DNA from: Candidatus Omnitrophica bacterium UBA6249
GTDB lineage: Bacteria; Omnitrophota; Gorgyraeia; Gygaellales; Profunditerraquicolaceae
NCBI GenBank assembly: GCA_002441305.1
Contig: DJVT01000014.1
Coordinates: 101,642-165,641 of the forward strand
Direction: 5' to 3'
Length of the DNA stretch: 64,000 bases
Part shown: positions 1 through 7,523 of the stretch, in pieces
How positions within the stretch are numbered: the first letter of the stretch is position 1
How the letters are laid out: each line of letters opens with the position of its first letter
Notes under the pieces: model-generated
Database searches by the model: none
What the model was told of the DNA's origin: nothing
What the model saw: only the letters and a program-made list of their open reading frames with translations
Made by a program: the position numbers and the translations under genes

Positions 1-3000
1 TTACAACGCCAATTGTCGGAACTCTGCCATTTGCATTAGATAACCAGAATTTTCGTAGAAGTTGAACTACTGCTTGAGCTTCGATTATATTTCTTCTCTT
101 GATAAAAAACCCGGAAACCTTATGGTATCTGATACATCGATAATTACGGTACTGACCCGGATCGGGAGATATTTGGATTTGACCTTTGTAAAATGCATGA
201 TTAGAAAAATTAATTAATGCTTCATATTCGGATCTATAATGCCAGTCAAGCATTTTTCTACCTAAACGCAGGCAATTCTGTTCACTATATTTGCAGAAAC
301 GTGAAATACATTGATCCAAAAACGACTCGGCGGCTCTAAAATCTAAAGTTTCCTGTAAATCCATATTATCAGGATCATAATTTTCTGGCAGATTTGAATC
401 ATCATACACTGTCACACCAACCCTATTGGGCGGCAACTGATGTTCGTCCCCTGTAACAAATAACGATTCTCCTCTGAATACGGCAGGAATTGCCTTATAA
501 ACTTCGATTTGAGACGCTTCGTCAAAAATTACTAAATCAAATAAATCCGTCTTATTGGGCAAACACTGAGAAACATTTTCAGGAGACATTAGAGCGACAG
601 GAAAGAGATTCTGAATTTCTTCAAAATATTTCTTAAAAACATAACACACGCTTTTTTTCCTTCGTTTTAACCGCAAATCATGAATAAGCTGTGCGTTATA
701 AGCAACTTTAGATCCATTTTTTTTAATAGAACAAGCGATGTAATCCGCACATATATTTCTTTTTTCATCTAACTTGCTGTTTAAATTACTACGTTTGAGT
801 TCATAAACTGAATCATTAAAATTACGGAGTTTTGTATTTTCATTCTCAAGTTTATTTATCCAATATTTACAATAAGAAATAACCATTTCTCCGTGGGGAT
901 CATCGGATTTTAACTCGCAAAGATTCATGATGGTTTGACGTTCAGTGTCATTTAAGTGCGAAGATATATCATACCATTGACGTTCAGCATCATAGTTGGC
1001 AAGGTAGTATTTAATATCATTCAGCAAAGATAGAAAATCATCTTTTTCATCTATAGTGCTCCTTAACAGTTGTTTTGTTCCATCAGTAAAATTATCCTGC
1101 AATTTTATAAAATCAGCAAAAAATCGATCGGTCAATAACACATAATTCTCGAGATTTTCATAAATTTTGATAAATTTCATTAGTTCTGAATCTAAATTCG
1201 CATCATTGCTGAACACCATATCGAAATCGTCCTTTATTACTGCCATTTTTTTGTAAACATCAACTTGAGCTGTTAAATTTCCAATAAATCGTTGCAAGGA
1301 CTTATTTATTATAGGCGAAGGAAATCCCTCAAACTGTTTAAAATAATCAAATATGCCATTATTCTTTTTAATAATTTGAGAGGCGACAAGATCACTTAAA
1401 AATTTCTCAGGCTTAATATCACTTGTAATTCCATATTTGTTTGCAAGGTCTTCAAATTTTCTATGGGATTCGATTAATGAAATCCCTTCTTGCTGGGCAT
1501 GGTCACAATAAACTTGATATAACGATTGCAGGGCTTCGATAGCTTTCATGACCGTCTTAAACAATTCGACTGAGCTATATATCTGAGAAAAATCAGAGAG
1601 AGCTGAAATTTCGAGATCAGAATATAAAGGCTTAATGTAGTCTTTTAATTTTAGATAATGAATATTGGAATTAATAAGAGATTCACATTTATCCAACGAA
1701 TCAAACGTAACAGAAAAATTTTCTTTCAAAAAGGCTATAACCTCTTTTTTGTTTTTGTGCCATTTAGGGATAAAAAATCTCAGGGCATCTTTTTGTTTAG
1801 CTCTTAAATAATTAGATTTTTGCAAAATTTCTTCCCAAACAGCAATTCCGATTGCCTTGTTCAATACATTTTCTGTGTTTATATTTGTTAGAAACCTTTC
1901 GATCTCATCCTTATGTTTTCTGTAAGATATGATTTCTTCACTTTCGAATATTTTCTTTAGCAAATCCTTGTTTGCTTCAACATACTTACATATTTCAAGA
2001 GTATCTTCGTGCAATAGAGGAGTGATCCGATAATGGGTTAATTTATTGAATAATCCATGTGAGCCCACTTGAGAGCAAAACTTCTTAAACAATGTGGCTG
2101 GTGAAATAATCTTATTTTGTGTTTCGAAGAATAACTTCCGGTATCGATTAATAGTTTCACAATCATTTTCGATTGTATCCCATGAGATTGGCAATTCTCT
2201 AAAATCTTCTGGCAAATGACCCAATAGAGAATTCAAGACACAAATTTTTTCTTCAATTACTTCTGGAGTAATGTCGTCCCGTAACAGTTTCAGAACTGCG
2301 TCTTCTCTGTCCAATTTTCTTGCCAAATTTATACATTCGCTTAAACTATTCTTCTTTTTTCTTATATCTTCCAAATCCAAATCGTTCTTGAAAGCATATT
2401 GCTCAATATTCTTACGCTCAACGGAATATTTTTCATATAAGCCTTTAAAATTATCCATAGACTCGATCAATACTTGCACTTGATTAAAATTTACTGAATC
2501 ATTAAGTTTGATCGATGGTGGCATTTTTAATGCATAATATTTCTCTGCATCTCCTAAAATCTTACTAATTTTATTAATAAAAATTTCAAATTCGCTAAAT
2601 GCAAATTTTTCACATAAAGCTGGATCAAGATTGATTCGGGCACATTTTGCCAAAGCTTTAGAATACATCTCAAATAATGACAGCCCATTTTCTCGCTCTT
2701 GATGTAGTTCATTAGAATATTCATTCAAATACTGTAAATCTTCTTCAATATCTGCAGACATAGCTTCGAAATTTTGCTTTAATAATTTTAGTTTTTTGGC
2801 TGTTGTTTTTTCGCTTTTTTCAATGGTATCAAGTATTTCTTGAAAAACCCGATCTCTTTCCTTCTCAGGACTATGGATTAGAATAACATGGTCTTTCAAT
2901 CCAGCCCCCTGAAGTCGCTTGTAAACTACGTCTAAAGCGGCTCTCTTTTCACAACACACAAGCACCTTTTTCCCCAATGCCAAGTTATCAGCGACAATGT

Positions 3001-4165
3001 TAACAATAAGCTGGCTCTTGCCGGTTCCGGGGGGACCATCTGCAACAAAACCTGTCTGTTTCAGTTCTCGCAAGGAAAGAACAATTTGTTCCTGCGTGGA
3101 ATTGGCTGGTAAAACAAAATAACGATCCTTTTCTGCAACCTGAATAGCGTTTCTTAAATTTTCGTCAGAAATCGGATTTATATTTTCTTCTTCTGAACAA
3201 TTCCCGAGAATAATTTGATCAACAATTGGATCCTTCATGGATTGAACATTGTTTAGATATTCTTCATAGTCTTTAATCAAAGTTGATGAATACGTTGGGA
3301 ATTGTCCAATAACCGCATAGTTTAATAATTTCAAATTAAGATTCTTTTTAGGCGGAAGCTCGTCTTTTTTAATTTGATTAATAGGCTCGCAAACAGATAA
3401 AATGACCTTATCGTATTTTTCTTGCTTATTGTTTGATACGTTTAGCCTATTTTGAAGCTCCTCTTTTGTTAAATAACTCCCATTTTTATCCGTGTATAAT
3501 TCCTTTTCTACCAGACCGCCTTCAATAACAAAGTCTGACTTTTTTAAAAAGTCCAATGTTTTAGAAATAAGGTTTTTCAGATTCATTGAATCGCAAAGGT
3601 CTTTCAGTTTCCCTATTTCATCGCTATCAAATTTGAACCCATTACCTTTTTCTATCGCATCAAAAATAAGTTCATTCAAAGATGGTTCTGCATCAATCTC
3701 TACTATCCATGTTAACTTCTTTACTTTACCTGCTATGGCTTCCTTCTTTAGACTACAAGGAAAAAGAAACAATGGAGCCCTAAAATAATTATCGTTTTTT
3801 GTGTAAAATTCTAAAAATGGAAATCCTAAATGAAAAAAGGCATCTCCTTTATTTCTGATCAACGATTCATTTTCCCGGAATAATGTTGTCAAACTTCTCG
3901 TAATTCTCGTAAGTGGTGGGGGTTCATCTGATTCTGTAAATTGTTCTTGAGGAGCGGAGACGGGTGCGAGACGCAAGGATCTTTCCCCATCTAACAGCTT
4001 CGTTAATAACTCATAGCTTTTAAACTCCTCAAATTCATCGAGGTTGGAAAGGGCAAAGACACGATTTTTTGGTAACCGAGCAAGGCATAGAGTACGGTTA
4101 ATGGGCGAAATATTTTTCAATCGATTTTTTAACCACTCTAATTCTGATTTTCTTTTTTCTTCCAT
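1..4165 (-). CDS. Partial giant SF1 (Upf1/DNA2-like) helicase with a DUF4011-like N-terminal region. The C-terminus lies off-window.
   Basis: Not in the supplied ORF track because there is no stop in the window. My translation from ATG 4165 (MEEKRKSELEWLKNRL...) stays open for 1388 codons to position 2. Motifs seen: Walker A GPPGTGKSQ (~3014-3040), motif II FDLVIFDEASQ (~509-541), GDEHQLPP (~428-451), WHYRSEYEALINFSNHAFY (~185-244) and NIIEAQAVV...PTIGVV at the edge. Confidence 0.85.
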   Translation of the reverse strand, partial: MEEKRKSELEWLKNRLKNISPINRTLCLARLPKNRVFALSNLDEFEEFKSYELLTKLLDGERSLRLAPVSAPQEQFTESDEPPPLTRITRSLTTLFRENESLIRNKGDAFFHLGFPFLEFYTKNDNYFRAPLFLFPCSLKKEAIAGKVKKLTWIVEIDAEPSLNELIFDAIEKGNGFKFDSDEIGKLKDLCDSMNLKNLISKTLDFLKKSDFVIEGGLVEKELYTDKNGSYLTKEELQNRLNVSNNKQEKYDKVILSVCEPINQIKKDELPPKKNLNLKLLNYAVIGQFPTYSSTLIKDYEEYLNNVQSMKDPIVDQIILGNCSEEENINPISDENLRNAIQVAEKDRYFVLPANSTQEQIVLSLRELKQTGFVADGPPGTGKSQLIVNIVADNLALGKKVLVCCEKRAALDVVYKRLQGAGLKDHVILIHSPEKERDRVFQEILDTIEKSEKTTAKKLKLLKQNFEAMSADIEEDLQYLNEYSNELHQERENGLSLFEMYSKALAKCARINLDPALCEKFAFSEFEIFINKISKILGDAEKYYALKMPPSIKLNDSVNFNQVQVLIESMDNFKGLYEKYSVERKNIEQYAFKNDLDLEDIRKKKNSLSECINLARKLDREDAVLKLLRDDITPEVIEEKICVLNSLLGHLPEDFRELPISWDTIENDCETINRYRKLFFETQNKIISPATLFKKFCSQVGSHGLFNKLTHYRITPLLHEDTLEICKYVEANKDLLKKIFESEEIISYRKHKDEIERFLTNINTENVLNKAIGIAVWEEILQKSNYLRAKQKDALRFFIPKWHKNKKEVIAFLKENFSVTFDSLDKCESLINSNIHYLKLKDYIKPLYSDLEISALSDFSQIYSSVELFKTVMKAIEALQSLYQVYCDHAQQEGISLIESHRKFEDLANKYGITSDIKPEKFLSDLVASQIIKKNNGIFDYFKQFEGFPSPIINKSLQRFIGNLTAQVDVYKKMAVIKDDFDMVFSNDANLDSELMKFIKIYENLENYVLLTDRFFADFIKLQDNFTDGTKQLLRSTIDEKDDFLSLLNDIKYYLANYDAERQWYDISSHLNDTERQTIMNLCELKSDDPHGEMVISYCKYWINKLENENTKLRNFNDSVYELKRSNLNSKLDEKRNICADYIACSIKKNGSKVAYNAQLIHDLRLKRRKKSVCYVFKKYFEEIQNLFPVALMSPENVSQCLPNKTDLFDLVIFDEASQIEVYKAIPAVFRGESLFVTGDEHQLPPNRVGVTVYDDSNLPENYDPDNMDLQETLDFRAAESFLDQCISRFCKYSEQNCLRLGRKMLDWHYRSEYEALINFSNHAFYKGQIQISPDPGQYRNYRCIRYHKVSGFFIKRRNIIEAQAVVQLLRKFWLSNANGRVPTIGVV

Positions 4166-4211
4166 ATTAATATCTTTTGTTGCCTAAAGATCCATTGTTA
4201 CTAAACAAATC

Positions 4212-4403
4212 TCATTTTTCATTACGTTGATGTTTCTTTAGAAACTTTTCAATATGAAAAGCCTGAATTTTATTCGGCGTGACCTTACCGTTAAGCCACC
4301 GGCTAATGGTAGAGAAGGCAACGCCCAGCTCCTTAGCAAGCGTCTCCTGCGTGATCTTATTTTCAAGCCGGTAAAGTTCTAATTGTTTAAGAAGGTCATC
4401 CAT
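4212..4403 (-). CDS. XRE-family helix-turn-helix regulator (63 aa from the ATG)
   Basis: ITQETLAKELGVAFSTISRWLNGK is a classic XRE HTH. The track start at 4412 is a GTG. The ATG at 4403 has the SD AGAGGTG upstream. Confidence 0.75.
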   Translation of the reverse strand: MDDLLKQLELYRLENKITQETLAKELGVAFSTISRWLNGKVTPNKIQAFHIEKFLKKHQRNEK

Positions 4404-4427
4404 AAAAAACACCTCTTGTTCTTGAAA

Positions 4428-5123
4428 TCATTCGCCTATTCTTTGATAAAAAGTATCCTGCAATCTTTCAACTATCTCCCAACCATCTGGCAAAGCGTCA
4501 ATATTGTCTATAGATACCAACTCTCGCCAATCATCTTCTGAATTTCCTGACTCTTTTCTAACAATAAAAACTCTTTTATTTTTTCTGTCTATATACAATA
4601 GTGAATTATTATATATTCCGCCTCTATCAGCACTTTTCGCTATAATGGCACCGTTATACTTTTTTAAAAAATCGTCAGGATTTACTGTATCTCCTTGCCA
4701 ATATAAAACTTCCCACAGTATAGGGGCTATATGCAAATGCCCCGTAACAAGCCGTGCTGTATAATCTGAACAAACATTTAATTTTTTATCGCAAATAATA
4801 GTCGTGCTTTCATATTTAGTATCCGATACGTTCCAACCTCCCTTTATTTCTAAAAAATCTCCCATATCATAAAAGGCATATGGTGCAACAGTTCGAATCA
4901 TGCTTTTTTGTTCGCGGAAATATCCTCTAAAAGTCATTAAAATTACTAAAAAGGCAAACAAAACAATCAAAAAGAACCCAATTTTGTTTCTTTTTTCAAA
5001 AACAAATCTCCAAAATAAATACACCAGAAGCTGACAAGCAATAATTACATATAAATAATTGAATGTCAAAAAAACGGACAGAAAACCTATCAGAATTATA
5101 AGACCAATAAAAATTTTCTTCAT
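4428..5123 (-). CDS. Membrane protein with three predicted TM helices and a ~150-aa soluble C-terminal domain of unknown function
   Basis: Track ORF 4428..5162. The hydrophobic stretches are IFIGLIILIGFLSVFLTF, YVIIACQLLVYLFWRFVF and GFFLIVLFAFLVILMTF. I prefer the start at M14 (5123) because the predicted -10 box at 5161-5166 overlaps the first ATG. Confidence 0.6.
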   Translation of the reverse strand: MKKIFIGLIILIGFLSVFLTFNYLYVIIACQLLVYLFWRFVFEKRNKIGFFLIVLFAFLVILMTFRGYFREQKSMIRTVAPYAFYDMGDFLEIKGGWNVSDTKYESTTIICDKKLNVCSDYTARLVTGHLHIAPILWEVLYWQGDTVNPDDFLKKYNGAIIAKSADRGGIYNNSLLYIDRKNKRVFIVRKESGNSEDDWRELVSIDNIDALPDGWEIVERLQDTFYQRIGE

Positions 5124-5160
5124 TATTACTTTTCCCTTTGACCGATATTCCATTACTTCC

Positions 5161-5189
5161 ATTGTATTTCACTACTTCCAGCAAGTCAA
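5161..5189 (-). promoter_or_regulatory. Sigma70-type promoter for the TM/HTH/helicase operon
   Basis: The minus strand reads TTGACT-17 nt-TACAAT, with the -35 at 5184-5189 and the -10 at 5161-5166. Confidence 0.45.
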
Positions 5190-5480
5190 CCGTTTTATGC
5201 GTCATGCTAACTTTAGCAACCGGACATCGACTGACATTCAAATGTCATAAATGTCATACTTTTGGGCTGTTTTTGACGTTAAATATTGAAAGCACGTTTT
5301 ACGGAAGGGTAATACAAATAAGAAGTTATGGGGAAGGTGTTTACAAAAATAATCAGCAAACCCTATATGACATGACATCGATTTTTTTCTTCAACATCAC
5401 TGACAGACTGCGCCTCGCCCGACCCTCGCCCAAACCCCACCCGGAAGGACCCGCACATATTTTTGGCAAAACAAACCCAT

Positions 5481-6404
5481 TTAATCAGCCTGATCCGACC
5501 GCTCACCGGTGCTGTCCGGCAGGGATTGGAGCTTTTTCAATATAGCGAGGTTTTGAAAGATTGACTTCTGGATAGACTTCTCATAACGCATGACCTTCTC
5601 GGCGTTATCGCCAGCCGGGAGAGAGCATATCTTGATATTGACTTCCTCGGCGATCCTGTTCTTGAGCTTCTTCTGCTCAAGGTCGTAAATGGTCTTATTA
5701 TAGCCTTCGTTCTGCTTCTCAAGTTCCCGGACAAGTTCTTCGGCAATATCCTTGTCCGTATATTCGGCTTTTTTAAATACCGCTTTTAATTCCTCAAAGG
5801 AAAGCCCGCCTTCTTCAAACCGTAAATATTCATCTTCGCTCATGGCTTTTTCTTTGATAGCGTCCGCAACCATGATCAAATCTTCCTCAATATCGCTCTC
5901 CAAGCCTTCGCCTGACCATGTGGGAGCGTCAAAGCTGACAACGCCTTTCTTGAGGACCTTGATATAGGCGTTATTCCAGTCAAGAAACTCCTGCTGTTTC
6001 GCTATTTCCTCGTCAAGCTCGGCATTGGTCTTATTTTCCTTCTTGCCCTGCCAGTCCGCCTTGTTGTAATAGTCATAAATCACCATATCGAGGTATTTGC
6101 GAATGCTCCCGGTCTCAAAGCGTAAGACCCGGCGTAAACGCCAGAAGTCAACGGCGATCTTCTCAACAAGCAAATACTCCATCTGCCCGGAAGGATTAAG
6201 GCTTTTTGTGAGGTTATACAGCAGTTCGATATACTCGTCCTCATTCTCTCTGCCGTCACCGCTTGAAATAATCAAATCTTGAGCAAAAACGCCGTGCTTA
6301 ACGGCATTCTGGGCGACAATGGCTTTGCCTGTGTCCGTTACCGCACCCGTTGACATTAACGCATTCTTTTTATTGGCTTCAATCTGCTTTTCTGTTGTCA
6401 TCAT
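5481..6404 (-). CDS. Hypothetical protein (307 aa), element-borne
   Basis: Long ORF with no competing frame. It is an acidic, coiled-coil-rich protein and I recognise no catalytic motif. Confidence 0.6.
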   Translation of the reverse strand: MMTTEKQIEANKKNALMSTGAVTDTGKAIVAQNAVKHGVFAQDLIISSGDGRENEDEYIELLYNLTKSLNPSGQMEYLLVEKIAVDFWRLRRVLRFETGSIRKYLDMVIYDYYNKADWQGKKENKTNAELDEEIAKQQEFLDWNNAYIKVLKKGVVSFDAPTWSGEGLESDIEEDLIMVADAIKEKAMSEDEYLRFEEGGLSFEELKAVFKKAEYTDKDIAEELVRELEKQNEGYNKTIYDLEQKKLKNRIAEEVNIKICSLPAGDNAEKVMRYEKSIQKSIFQNLAILKKLQSLPDSTGERSDQAD

Positions 6405-6412
6405 AAACCCCC

Positions 6413-6907
6413 TTATTTGAATAGTTCTTTTGCCTGTTTTGCCGTGACGCCCATCTCCCGGAAAACACGGTCAAACTTATGGCTTTCTTTTGAGCTTTCA
6501 TAGGTGAGGTTATAACAATGCCTGCACCCGAAATATTTCCCGCCCCCTAAATGAAGCGATCCGACACGGCGATTGCATACCCGACCATTGATCACCAGAG
6601 GGCAGATAAACCACCACCGGCGACCCCCGAAATAGCAGGGCGTCCAGTCAAGCCGTGCCTTATAATCAAGCTCGGTCTTTTCGTCCGTGTTCCTGTCGGT
6701 CTGCGTGTATTGGAAGCGGATATACTCGTCACCCTCGACCGTGGAAACCACAAAGCCGATAGAGCCTGTCTTTTCACCGTTACGGCTCCAGTTCATCCCG
6801 CCCCAGCGGACACCGCCGTCAAAGTATTTATGCTCGTTAAGGAATTTCGTTGTGATTGTCTTGCATTCCTCAACCGTCCATCTGCTTGAATAAGACCATC
6901 TGCCCAT
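6413..6907 (-). CDS. Hypothetical zinc-ribbon protein (164 aa)
   Basis: The Cys pairs CPLVINGRVC ... CRHC suggest a zinc ribbon. The gene is tightly spaced with its neighbours on the same strand. Confidence 0.6.
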   Translation of the reverse strand: MGRWSYSSRWTVEECKTITTKFLNEHKYFDGGVRWGGMNWSRNGEKTGSIGFVVSTVEGDEYIRFQYTQTDRNTDEKTELDYKARLDWTPCYFGGRRWWFICPLVINGRVCNRRVGSLHLGGGKYFGCRHCYNLTYESSKESHKFDRVFREMGVTAKQAKELFK

Positions 6908-6960
6908 GAAAAATATTTTTTCTCCTGATTTTTTCCTAAATCAATAGGGAAATGTAAACC

Positions 6961-7317
6961 TTAAACGAGACTGACAACCGTTCCCTCGAATATATCAAGT
7001 GCCTGCTTGACTATATCCGGGAGCAGTCCTTTCGCCAGAAGCCGGTCAACAAGTTCTTTCTGCTTATCAGCCGTGAGGTTATTCCAGCGGAATGAAAAAG
7101 ACTTTTCCATCCTTTCAAGCTCCTGCTTGTCTTGATCCGTTGCCGTTGAGTTCTCACCCCGGACAAACGCCGACTTCTCACCGATAGCCTCATAAGCCGT
7201 GACAAGCTCCGCCAAGTCGTCCGGCACTGCGGAAACCGCACCGACCGCCTGCGTTGCTTCCTGCCTGCGTTCCTTTAACTTCCTGATACCATCCAATAAA
7301 TTAACCATCATACTCAC
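6961..7317 (-). CDS. Hypothetical protein (118 aa)
   Basis: ORF co-directional with the element's replication genes. No motif recognised. Confidence 0.5.
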   Translation of the reverse strand: MSMMVNLLDGIRKLKERRQEATQAVGAVSAVPDDLAELVTAYEAIGEKSAFVRGENSTATDQDKQELERMEKSFSFRWNNLTADKQKELVDRLLAKGLLPDIVKQALDIFEGTVVSLV

Positions 7318-7336
7318 CCCTTACTTACTTTGAGAC

Positions 7337-7435
7337 TTTAAGGCGTTTATGCTTAATCCCATATAAAACAAGCACTTACACCGCCTTAAAACCTGTCTTA
7401 AAACCGCCTTGAGTCCTTGAACCCAGTTTAAGGCG
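7337..7435. repeat. 9-mer TTTAAGGCG / CGCCTTAAA in alternating orientation at exact 45-bp spacing
   Basis: TTTAAGGCG sits at 7337-7345, CGCCTTAAA at 7382-7390 and TTTAAGGCG at 7427-7435. Extra TCTTAAA copies occur at ~7397 and ~7474-7488. Confidence 0.5.
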
Positions 7436-7523
7436 TCATAACCCATTGAAAACAAAGGGAAAACCGCTATTTGTCTTAAAGTCTTAAACTTATTTCCACA
7501 ATAGAGAAGAAACATTTTTGCCC

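Noticed and set aside
1-3. The TTA at the very start of the window could be read as the helicase stop codon.
   Set aside because: It is out of frame. Codons counted from ATG 4165 end at position 2, so the ORF runs off the window.
7321-7515. A 64-aa ORF in the primase-downstream gap.
   Set aside because: It has no SD and an odd composition, and the region is filled with phased 9-mer repeats. I treat it as non-coding.
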